Below the pieces are notes generated by a model that did not search any database, was not told the origin of the DNA, and was given only the letters and a program-made list of their open reading frames with translations. The translations under genes were made by a program, and so were the position numbers. Of a stretch of DNA of 64,000 nucleotides, positions 55,957 to 64,000 are shown piece after piece; position 1 is the stretch's first letter; the number at the start of each line of letters is the position of its first letter. Source of the DNA: Minisyncoccia bacterium (GTDB taxonomy: Bacteria > Patescibacteriota > Minisyncoccia > Phycocordibacterales > UBA918); NCBI GenBank assembly GCA_964229335.1, contig CAXRCZ010000004.1:1-64000 (forward strand), in the 5' to 3' direction.

Positions 55957-56031
55957 ACAGCTTGTAGCCAGCTCTCAACGTCCTCGCTATAGCAGTATCG
56001 CTGCGAATGTTTCAAGCTAACTACAAGCTGT
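55957..56031 (+). repeat. Dispersed intergenic hairpin, family A copy 3
   Basis: Core CTCAACGTCCTCGCT..TCGCTGCGAATGT; arms acagcttgtagccagct/agctaactacaagctgt. Confidence 0.8.
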
Positions 56032-56050
56032 CTCGGACGAGGTTGTGTAG

Positions 56051-56086
56051 AAAAAGAATTATATAATTAATTATATAATTCTTTTT
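56051..56086. repeat. 36-bp perfect AT-rich palindrome
   Basis: aaaaagaattatataatt|aattatataattcttttt. Confidence 0.8.
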
Positions 56087-56088
56087 GC

Positions 56089-58026
56089 TTATTTAGTTAT
56101 CAGTTCAAAATCCAATTGTCGTTCGTCTTTGTCAGCTCGGATTAGCTTGACCCGTACCTCGTCTCCCAGTCGGTATACCTTACCGGTCTTTTGACCTTTG
56201 ATGCGGTACTTACTAGCTTCGTGTTCAAAGTAATCAGATTTGATAGTAGAAAGACGAATCATCCCTTCCGCTAGTGAACCAGTCTCTTGTACATAGATAC
56301 CCCAATCAGTTACGCCGGTGACTACACCATCAAACTCTTCGCCGACTTTGTTAAGCATGTACTCAACTTGTTTGTACTTAATTGAGTCTCGCTCTGCTGA
56401 AACAGCTTCACCTTCGCGGTCTGAAGAATGAGTACAGGTTTGTTCATATTTGGCAGATTCCTTTGGTCCGATGTGTACGCCATCGAGATGTTTGCGGAGG
56501 AGTCGGTGCACCATCAGGTCGGGGTAGCGGCGAATTGGTGATGTAAAGTGAGTATAGAATTTGAAAGCTAGACCAAAGTGTCCAATATTCTTAGTTGAAT
56601 ATACCGCCTTTGACATTGAGCGAATGCTAGCGGTCTTAATGAGGTTTTCTTCTGGCTTATCTTCTACTGCTTCCATGAGTTGATTCAGTGCTTTGGCCTT
56701 TACCATGCCTTTGTTAGTTTCAAATTCGTACCCCATAGCGTGCACAAATGTCGCCAGATCTTCGATTTTTTCTGGGTTTGGTACATCGTGGATACGATAT
56801 ACAAAGGTCAGCTGCTGATTACTGGCTTTTGAGAGGTCGTCGATGTATTTTGCCACTTTTCGGTTAGCTAGCAACATGAAGTCTTCAATCATCATCATAG
56901 TCTCAGTTCGTTCCTTGGTGTAGGCGCGGATTGGTCGACCAGCTTCGTCTAATTCAAACTTTACTTCTGGCTGCTCAAAGGCGATAGCTCCTTGTTTGTA
57001 GCGCTGCTTACGTAAAATCCGCGACAGCGCCAACATCGTATTTAATTCATCTAAATACTCACCATTTTGCGAATCAAGGACAGCTTGCGCTTCTTCGTAA
57101 CTAAAGCGCTTGTCTGAATGAATAATCGTTTGACCGTACCATTCATCCTTGATATTAGCTTCTTTATCAAGTTGAAACACAGCACTAAACGCTAAGCGGT
57201 CTTCATTTGGTCGCAATGAACACAAGTCGTTTGAAAGTATTTCTGGCAACATCGGAATCACTCGGTCTACGAGATACACTGACGTTGCTCGCTCTTTAGC
57301 CTCTACATCGATTGGCTCGCCCTCGCGAACATAGTGAGATACATCAGCGATATGAATACCGACTTCGATGGTCTCCTCGTCAATCTTTTGAATTGATAAA
57401 GCGTCATCAAAGTCTTTAGCATCTGCCGGGTCAATGGTCATCGTGGTTACGCCACGTAAGTCGCGACGTTTCGGGTCAGTTACCGCGTCACTAAAGATAG
57501 TATCTTTTCTATCGTATATATCCTGCGCTGCCTTTTGCACTGATTCTGGAAAATTCTTAGAAAATCCACCTCCTCTGATAATGGCCTGCATTTCGGTCTC
57601 ATGATCACCAGCTCGACCAAGTGTCTCGACAATTTTTACTTGAGGAGGAGTCTGTGGATCTTCCCACTTCTCAATTTCTACCACCACTTTCATCTCCAAG
57701 TCATTAGGGGTAGCGGTCGGTACAGTCGGACGAATATGAATTCGTTTATTGTCGGGATTGAATTGATATATCTTTTGACCTCCCTCATTAATTTCTTCAA
57801 CTACACCAATCAGTTCTCGGTGAACTGATTTTAGTACCTGTATCACTTCACCCATTTGGCGTTCTCCGGGTTGTTTTGGCAAAAGTTTGACTTCAACCAC
57901 ATCTCCATCAAGCGCAAACCCAAGCGAGTGCCGTTCAACAACCACGTCTTCTTCAAAGTCTTCGTGTGGCACAAAACCAGTGCCTTTTCCGCGGATTTTT
58001 ATAGATCCTTCAATAGTATTTTGCAT
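56089..58026 (-). CDS. rnr: Ribonuclease R
   Basis: TIDPADAKDFDDALS, HIADVS, SVYL..PMLP, GHFGLA..YTHFTSPIRRYPDL, S1 domain. Confidence 0.95.
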   Translation of the reverse strand: MQNTIEGSIKIRGKGTGFVPHEDFEEDVVVERHSLGFALDGDVVEVKLLPKQPGERQMGEVIQVLKSVHRELIGVVEEINEGGQKIYQFNPDNKRIHIRPTVPTATPNDLEMKVVVEIEKWEDPQTPPQVKIVETLGRAGDHETEMQAIIRGGGFSKNFPESVQKAAQDIYDRKDTIFSDAVTDPKRRDLRGVTTMTIDPADAKDFDDALSIQKIDEETIEVGIHIADVSHYVREGEPIDVEAKERATSVYLVDRVIPMLPEILSNDLCSLRPNEDRLAFSAVFQLDKEANIKDEWYGQTIIHSDKRFSYEEAQAVLDSQNGEYLDELNTMLALSRILRKQRYKQGAIAFEQPEVKFELDEAGRPIRAYTKERTETMMMIEDFMLLANRKVAKYIDDLSKASNQQLTFVYRIHDVPNPEKIEDLATFVHAMGYEFETNKGMVKAKALNQLMEAVEDKPEENLIKTASIRSMSKAVYSTKNIGHFGLAFKFYTHFTSPIRRYPDLMVHRLLRKHLDGVHIGPKESAKYEQTCTHSSDREGEAVSAERDSIKYKQVEYMLNKVGEEFDGVVTGVTDWGIYVQETGSLAEGMIRLSTIKSDYFEHEASKYRIKGQKTGKVYRLGDEVRVKLIRADKDERQLDFELITK

Positions 58027-58181
58027 GGGGGCAGTATACCGTGCTCATTCTTTTATACAAGCAAATAAAGCTCGGGTTACATGTGGTTACTGTCTAACAT
58101 AAGTAGATAGTAGGTTTGTCGGGTTGTTGGCCCGAAAATAAGTTGACGTTTATTAGTTTTCTGCTATGCTAGCGCCACTAT

Positions 58182-58751
58182 ATGTTAATGATGCGATTAC
58201 AACGAGTTGGCCGCAAAAACGATCCGTCGTTTCGAATTGTGGTAACCGACAAAAGAACCGGTGTAAACAGTGATAAACACGTCGACCGGCTTGGTTCATA
58301 TAACCCAAAAATGAACCACATTCAGCTAGATGGAGAGAAAGCTAAAGATTGGTTGAGTAAAGGAGTGCAACCATCTGACACCATGTACAACTTATTGGTA
58401 AGCCAAGGAGTCATTGAAGGGAAGAAGAAAAACGTACTACCTCGCAAGTCTCCAATAATTGACGAAGAAGCTATTAAACGAGCTGAAGAAGAAGCCAAAG
58501 CCAAAGAAGCCGCTGAGGCCGAAGCTGCTAAAGCAGCTGAATCTACTGAAGAGGAAACAGCCACTCCAGAAGAAGCTCCAACTGATACTGAGGAATCGAC
58601 TGAAACTGAAGAGTCAGCGCCCGAAGAAGCTCCAGCAGCTCCAGAGTCAGAAGCAGAAGAGCTGGTTGAAGAGCCTGAAACCTCAGAAGAACCAGCAGAA
58701 GCTACCGAAGAAGGCGACAAGGAGGCCAAAGAAGAAGCAAAGACTGCCTAA
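58182..58751 (+). CDS. rpsP: 30S ribosomal protein S16 with long acidic tail
   Basis: RLQRVGRKN.P.FRIVV.D, LGSYNP, WLSKGVQPS. Confidence 0.95.
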   Translation: MLMMRLQRVGRKNDPSFRIVVTDKRTGVNSDKHVDRLGSYNPKMNHIQLDGEKAKDWLSKGVQPSDTMYNLLVSQGVIEGKKKNVLPRKSPIIDEEAIKRAEEEAKAKEAAEAEAAKAAESTEEETATPEEAPTDTEESTETEESAPEEAPAAPESEAEELVEEPETSEEPAEATEEGDKEAKEEAKTA

Positions 58752-58862
58752 CTTGCCCCACTGCAGTCGTTGACGAAACTTGGAAGCTTTCGTATGCTTA
58801 GAGCATAGCTGGTCCGCTTAGTAATAAGAGGCACCACGCTTTAGATAGATAACATTCTGAAT

Positions 58863-59222
58863 ATGGAAAATCACGAAGACAAGCAGTTTTTAGAGAATGT
58901 AGTTAAAGCACTCGTAGACCATCCTGATAGTGTCAAAGTTGACCGTACCGTCGACGAGATGGGAGTACTATTGACCCTTGATGTACATGCCGAAGATATG
59001 GGCAAGATTATTGGCCGATCTGGAAACACAGCCAAAGCTATCCGCACCCTTTTGCGCGTAGTAGGTATGAAGCATGACGCTCGAGTAAACCTAAAGATTA
59101 ACGAACCTGAAGGCGGTCGCCGCGAAGGAATGGTTCGCGAGGATGATTATTCAAATGAGAGTGAGTCGTCCGAAAGTGAGTCTAAGTCTCTTGACCAGGC
59201 CATTGACGACCTAAAGATATAA
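58863..59222 (+). CDS. khpA: KH-domain RNA-binding protein
   Basis: VKALVDHPD.V, DMGKIIGRSGNTAKAIRTLL; follows rpsP. Confidence 0.9.
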   Translation: MENHEDKQFLENVVKALVDHPDSVKVDRTVDEMGVLLTLDVHAEDMGKIIGRSGNTAKAIRTLLRVVGMKHDARVNLKINEPEGGRREGMVREDDYSNESESSESESKSLDQAIDDLKI

Positions 59223-59324
59223 ACTGGCGAACTACTTCGTCACAACTACAGCCGCGTCAGTCACGGTATATCAAATACCGCTTCCTCCGCGGCTTTGTTG
59301 TTTCTTGTATTTTATCCAGTTTAT
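59218..59324. repeat. Dispersed intergenic hairpin, family B
   Basis: Arms tataaactgg/ccagtttata include the khpA stop; core TCAGTCACGGTA..TACCGCT. Confidence 0.7.
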
Positions 59325-59379
59325 AACTTCAGGAAACCTCAATCTCAACCTTGCATGAAAATTGTGTTAGGATTTTTTT

Positions 59380-59808
59380 ATGAAGAAAGGATTTGATTAT
59401 ATCGGTGTCTGTGTCTGTTTTTACTGTCACGATGGTCAGGGTAACTACGTGTTCCATAAGCGCAGTGAGCAGTGTCGCGATGAGCAGGGTGCCTGGGACT
59501 GTGGCGGGGGCGGAGTAAAGTTTGGCGAATCCATTCCGGAGGCAGTAGAAAGGGAAGTGCAAGAAGAATATGGTGTTAAACCATTAGAAATTACTGAACT
59601 TGGCTACAGCGATGTATTCAGAGACATCGACGGTCAGAAGAGTCACTGGCTCGCCTTTCGATTTAAGGTCTTGGTGGATAGAGATAAGGTTATTAATAAC
59701 GAGCCGCACAAGCACGACGAGTTAACCTGGTGCACTATCGACAATCCTCCTACCCCACTCCATTCCCAGATACCCGAAGAGCTAGTGCGCTTTAAGGGTA
59801 AGTTATAG
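59380..59808 (+). CDS. NUDIX hydrolase
   Basis: GGGVKFGESIPEAVEREVQEEYGV Nudix box; NNEPHK. Confidence 0.9.
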   Translation: MKKGFDYIGVCVCFYCHDGQGNYVFHKRSEQCRDEQGAWDCGGGGVKFGESIPEAVEREVQEEYGVKPLEITELGYSDVFRDIDGQKSHWLAFRFKVLVDRDKVINNEPHKHDELTWCTIDNPPTPLHSQIPEELVRFKGKL

Positions 59809-59815
59809 TTATAGT

Positions 59816-60490
59816 ATGAACTTTCACATCATCACGTTGTTTCCAGAAGTCTGTCAGCCGTATACCGATTCGGGTGTGCTAGGTAGAGCGCAAAAAACCA
59901 ACAAAGGCGTAGGTGCCAAAAGTCGCGGCAAAAAGATTGCTGTCAATTATTACAACCCGCGAGAATTCACCAAGAACAAGCATAAGAAAGTCGACGATCG
60001 GCCGTATGGCGGCGGGCCGGGTATGGTATTGCAAACCGAGCCAATTCTGGCCGCGTGGCAAAAGGCCGTCGGACGCAAGAAAGACCAGAAGAAAATCAAG
60101 ACATTGATTATGAGTCCACGGGGTAAACAATTTGATACCAAACTAGCCAAGCAGTACGCTAAAAAATATGAGCACTTAGTACTTATCAGCGGTCGCTATG
60201 AAGGAATTGATTCCAGGGTCAAAAAGATACTAAAAGCCGAAGAAGTATCCATCGGCGACTATGTCTTGACCGGAGGAGAATTACCCGCGCTCGCGATAGT
60301 GGATTCGGTAGCCAGACAAGTGCCTGGCGTCCTTGGCACCATTGACTCACTTGAGGAGTCTCGTATCTCCAGCGGAGAAATGTACACCAGACCAGAGACT
60401 ATTGAGTATAAAAAAAAGCGGTTTAAAGTTCCGCCGGTATACTTGTCAGGACATCATCAAAAGATTGACCAGCTAAGAGCCAAGAAATAA
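59816..60490 (+). CDS. trmD: tRNA (guanine-N1)-methyltransferase
   Basis: ITLFPE, VDDRPYGGGPGMV, GRYEGID.R, SIGDYVLTGGE. Confidence 0.96.
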   Translation: MNFHIITLFPEVCQPYTDSGVLGRAQKTNKGVGAKSRGKKIAVNYYNPREFTKNKHKKVDDRPYGGGPGMVLQTEPILAAWQKAVGRKKDQKKIKTLIMSPRGKQFDTKLAKQYAKKYEHLVLISGRYEGIDSRVKKILKAEEVSIGDYVLTGGELPALAIVDSVARQVPGVLGTIDSLEESRISSGEMYTRPETIEYKKKRFKVPPVYLSGHHQKIDQLRAKK

Positions 60491-60492
60491 AG

Positions 60493-60523
60493 ATTGCCCT
60501 GGGATCATAGACCCCAGGGCAAT
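60493..60523. terminator. Bidirectional terminator
   Basis: attgccctggg...cccagggcaat between convergent trmD and purC. Confidence 0.7.
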
Positions 60524-60532
60524 TATTTGCGG

Positions 60533-61453
60533 TTACACCGCATCGAGTTGCGCACGCCACTCCTTGACCGAACGACCGGTAATGAGCTGCAGAATACGTT
60601 GGTAACGACTAGTAGTTTCCTCGACAACGCTTCTATCGAAATCGAGCTCATACCTAGGACCATCACCCCATTGTAGTTCAGCTGCTAGTCGGACAGGCTG
60701 CTTATCGAGCCATGGCGGCTCCTCTCCTTCCTTTATCTCGCTCATTATCACAAAGCGACTGGAGTCTGGCGTGAGTATTTCGTCAGCCAACATTGTCCAA
60801 GGGTTGCTGGGGTCATATCCAACTTCGAATTTGGTGTCGACCAAAGCAATATTACACTTCTCCAACTCAGCTCTAGCACGTTTAAATATATTCTTTAGTT
60901 GCGAGGCTGCGGGATATTTATCCTGCGTCTTCCATCCCAGTAACGGATCATCCGATTCAGATTTATCCGTGGGAGTGAAGACCGGTTCGTCAAAGCGATG
61001 CATTTTGTATAATCCTGGCGGAAGATCTAAATCGTAAGGATCTTCCCCCGCCATATAAGCTTGGTAGAGACTGCCGGTCAGATACTGCCGAAAGATAAAC
61101 TCGACCGGGATAATATCCAAATCCTTAACCACCAGCGTCCGGTAGTGAAGATCACGATACTGATCCAAAGAATTTGGTAAGTAATCGTATATTTTTCTTC
61201 CATATGCCACCAAGTGGTGGTTAGCGTGGGAGAATATCTCAGTCAACCAATAAATAGTCAGATAGGTAAGAATTTCGCCCTTCAGCGGAATCTCGCTCAG
61301 ATGAACAACATTGTGAGTACTGATACGATCAGACGCTATAATAGCGATCAACCCCTTCGTTTTGGTAGGATACCGTTCTCTGGTTTTACCTTGAGAGAGC
61401 GGTTCCCAAATATTGCGTGGAACTTGTAGGCGATACTTAATATCTACTCGCAT
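60533..61453 (-). CDS. purC: SAICAR synthase
   Basis: GKTRE, SDRIS, KGEIL, PVEFIFRQYLTGS, FTPTDK, VDTKFE.G, ADEILTPDSSRF, DKQPVR. Confidence 0.9.
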   Translation of the reverse strand: MRVDIKYRLQVPRNIWEPLSQGKTRERYPTKTKGLIAIIASDRISTHNVVHLSEIPLKGEILTYLTIYWLTEIFSHANHHLVAYGRKIYDYLPNSLDQYRDLHYRTLVVKDLDIIPVEFIFRQYLTGSLYQAYMAGEDPYDLDLPPGLYKMHRFDEPVFTPTDKSESDDPLLGWKTQDKYPAASQLKNIFKRARAELEKCNIALVDTKFEVGYDPSNPWTMLADEILTPDSSRFVIMSEIKEGEEPPWLDKQPVRLAAELQWGDGPRYELDFDRSVVEETTSRYQRILQLITGRSVKEWRAQLDAV

Positions 61454-61505
61454 TTCAATTCTCCTTGTAGGATTGCTTCTGTCGACACCCTAGCACCAAA
61501 CTCTA

Positions 61506-61666
61506 CAAAAAGAAATACCGCCCGGAGGCGGTATTTCTTTCGAACTATATCAACCGCAAAAGAGGTTGATGGTGACTGCCATTGGTATTCCCGAAGGATT
61601 ACCGATGGGTAATGACAGTCGTAGTTCGTCCCATTTAATTCCAACGTAGAGCTTTCGTTAAATGGT
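61506..61666 (-). ncRNA. Structured leader or small RNA ending in an intrinsic terminator upstream of purC
   Basis: Promoter TTGACG-16-TATAAT (61700-61673); nested stems; terminator aaagaaataccgcc-tccg-ggcggtatttcttttt. Confidence 0.55.
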
Positions 61667-62023
61667 ATATCCATTATAAAGCTGCAGATTATGTCGTCAA
61701 CTTGTTTTGCTGGTACTTTTGTTTCGTAACTTGGTATTTTGCCTGTAACAAGTAAAAATAATTCGGATTTTAAGAAGAGAAACAAGTTGTTATCGGAGAT
61801 AACAAGCCATTTCTTGCAATTTTAAAACTATACGGTATACTACCGCCCACATACGCAGTACTGCGATCTCGAGTGAGTTGTGGAGGGGAGATTTTTATGC
61901 CGCGGAGTAATTATTCACCTTTGGAGGTAATGTTTTTATTCATCGGATAGAGAAACGACAATTTCAAATAGCGCCTTGGCGCGTTTTTTACGTCTATCTC
62001 TAGCCTTATAAAATTGAGTCGTT

Positions 62024-64000
62024 ATGGATACCAAGAATGTTTCAGTGGGTCATTTGCCACAAAAGCGGTTTGAAAAAGCTGCTCCCGCTCGTGTACCACT
62101 ACCTGACCTTATCGAGCCACAGCGCGAATCATATCGTTGGTTTGTTGAGGAAGCATTAAAAGAGATTTTTAAAGAGTTTTCGCCGATTACAGACTATTCG
62201 GAGAAAAAGTTCGAACTACAGTTCAAAAAATACGAACTAAGTGAACCTAAATACTCCCCAGAGTACGCCAAGGAAAACAAGCGAACCTACGAAGCTTCGC
62301 TACGAGCTACCGTTGTTCTCAAGAACAAGACATTTGAAAGTGACAAAGAGCAAGAGATTTTCATGACTGACATTCCAGTCATGACTCGTAATGGTACCTT
62401 CATCATCAACGGTGTTGAACGAGTCATTGTCCCGCAGTTGGCACGTAGTTACGGAATCTTCTTCACTACCTCCGAATCAAAAGGTAAAACCATGTTTGGT
62501 GCCAAAATTATTCCTGCTCGAGGGGCTTGGGTAGAAATCGAATCAGAAGCCGACGGAGTAATTTACGTAAAGATTGACCGTAAGAAAAAATTCCCAATCT
62601 CATCACTCTTACGAGTTCGAGGTCTTGAGACAGAAAAAGCCATGCTAGAGGCAGTTAAAGACATCCCTCGCGGTGAGGAATACATCAAAGCAACTCTTGA
62701 GAAAGATCCTGCTAAAACAGTCGACGACTCATATATTGAAATCTACAAACGATTACGTGATGGGGATTTGGCTACGGTAGAAAACGCTCGAGAGTTTGTT
62801 AACTCACTATTCTCTCCAGAGCGATACGACCTTTCTGAAATCGGGCGACATCACTTCAATCATCGTTTTGACTTAGCGACTGATAAGAAAGCTATGGATG
62901 AACGGTCAGTCACTCCAGAAGACTTGTCATTGATTCTCCGCACTATCATTACCAACAATCACGATTCATCAGCCTTGGCTGATGACATTGACCATCTTGG
63001 TTTCCGTCGAGTGCGCTACTTTGGAGAAATGCTCCAACAGCGTGTTCGAGTTGGTATGACTCGCATGAAGCGAAATATTCAAGATCGAATGAGTACTATC
63101 GAAGCTGAAACTCAGCTGCCGATGCAAATAATTAACCCACGTCCGCTACAAGCTGCTATTAAGGAATTCTTTACTACCAACCAGCTGTCGCAATTTTCTC
63201 AACAACAAAACGTTCTGACTGAACTAGAACACTTGCGCACACTCTCAGCCCTTGGCCCTGGCGGTCTAACTCGCGAACGAGCTGGGTTTGAGGTACGTGA
63301 CGTTCATACTTCTCACTACGGTCGACTGTGTCCAATCCACACTCCAGAAGGGCCAAATATTGGTTTGATTTTGCGCCTTTCAATGTACTCTCGAGTTAAC
63401 CGGTTTGGAATCATCGAGACTCCATACATTAAGGTAGAAAAAGGCAAAGTAACTGACGAAGTAGTATACCTAAACGCTCACGAAGAAGAGCGCTACACCA
63501 TTGCTCACGCGGCAGTTGAAATTGATGATAAAGGCAAAATCAAAAATGAATTCGTAGAAGCTAGACGCAAAGGTGAACCACGAACCGTCGAAACCAGAGA
63601 GATTGACTTCATGGACATTGCTACTAACCAACCATTCTCAGTAGCTACTTCAATGATTCCATTCTTGAACCACGACGACGCCAACCGTACTCTGATGGGT
63701 TCAAACATGCAGAAACAAGCTACACCGTGTCTAATTCAAGAAGCGCCGCTGGTAGCAACAGGAATTGAAGGCATTGCAGCTCGCGATATTGGACGTGTCA
63801 TTTATGCTGATGAAGCCGGAGAAGTGGTAGAAGCAGATGCAAACAAGATTGTAGTAAAACCAAAAACCGGCAAGGAAAAAGAATATGCTCTTACTACCTT
63901 CCAACGAACCAATGATTTCTCAGCCTTTTATCACCGACCGGCGGTTTCGCCAGGCGATAAGGTAAAACGGGGTGACCTATTAGCTGACACTACCTCAACT
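62024..64000 (+). CDS. rpoB: RNA polymerase beta subunit (runs off the window end)
   Basis: Not in the ORF track (no stop); translates MDTKN..LPDLIEPQRESY..GTFIINGVERVIV..DDIDHLG..RERAGFEVRDVH..LMGSNMQKQA. Confidence 0.96.
   Translation, partial: MDTKNVSVGHLPQKRFEKAAPARVPLPDLIEPQRESYRWFVEEALKEIFKEFSPITDYSEKKFELQFKKYELSEPKYSPEYAKENKRTYEASLRATVVLKNKTFESDKEQEIFMTDIPVMTRNGTFIINGVERVIVPQLARSYGIFFTTSESKGKTMFGAKIIPARGAWVEIESEADGVIYVKIDRKKKFPISSLLRVRGLETEKAMLEAVKDIPRGEEYIKATLEKDPAKTVDDSYIEIYKRLRDGDLATVENAREFVNSLFSPERYDLSEIGRHHFNHRFDLATDKKAMDERSVTPEDLSLILRTIITNNHDSSALADDIDHLGFRRVRYFGEMLQQRVRVGMTRMKRNIQDRMSTIEAETQLPMQIINPRPLQAAIKEFFTTNQLSQFSQQQNVLTELEHLRTLSALGPGGLTRERAGFEVRDVHTSHYGRLCPIHTPEGPNIGLILRLSMYSRVNRFGIIETPYIKVEKGKVTDEVVYLNAHEEERYTIAHAAVEIDDKGKIKNEFVEARRKGEPRTVETREIDFMDIATNQPFSVATSMIPFLNHDDANRTLMGSNMQKQATPCLIQEAPLVATGIEGIAARDIGRVIYADEAGEVVEADANKIVVKPKTGKEKEYALTTFQRTNDFSAFYHRPAVSPGDKVKRGDLLADTTST

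Noticed and set aside
61506-61666. ZTP, purine or PRPP riboswitch, SRP RNA, or hammerhead assignment
   Set aside because: Only fragmentary resemblance (e.g. CGACTG); the key consensus motifs were not found by eye.
61444-61785. 113-aa minus-strand ORF
   Set aside because: Non-ATG start, no motifs, and it runs through a promoter, structured RNA and terminator.

Overview
Gene-dense, mostly + strand chromosomal window from a small-genome bacterium. The gene set and architecture point to Patescibacteria/CPR, probably Parcubacteria (inference): split transketolase, short EF-Ts, hinge-less SMC, several class III-signal pilins, sortase, and mostly no Shine-Dalgarno sites. Housekeeping genes are murB, secA, obg, gatB, gap-rpiB-rpe-tkt, rpmE, prfA, rpsB-tsf, tRNA-Thr, a PheRS, gyrB, thrS, dnaE, rnhB, rpmF, nusB, rnc, smc, rnr, rpsP-khpA-trmD, purC and the 5' part of rpoB. 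Most notable: (1) a 12.7-kb surface-fibre locus with two membrane-anchored excisionase-like HTH proteins, a 2267-aa GNVGIG-repeat fibre with an S74-like chaperone, two paralogous WxL/pilin-like subunits, a DUF916-like protein and an FN3 protein; (2) two CCCGTTAGA...TCTAACGGG inverted-repeat elements at a duplicated gap 5' end, one in frame with a 6-bp direct repeat and one carrying a GIY-YIG gene; (3) two families of dispersed intergenic hairpins with conserved cores but variable arms; (4) a compact T-box before thrS and an unrecognised structured attenuator-like leader before purC; (5) a mitochondrial-type monomeric PheRS, a NusB-NUDIX fusion and widespread apparently leaderless starts. All calls come from reading motifs by eye; no database searches were run.
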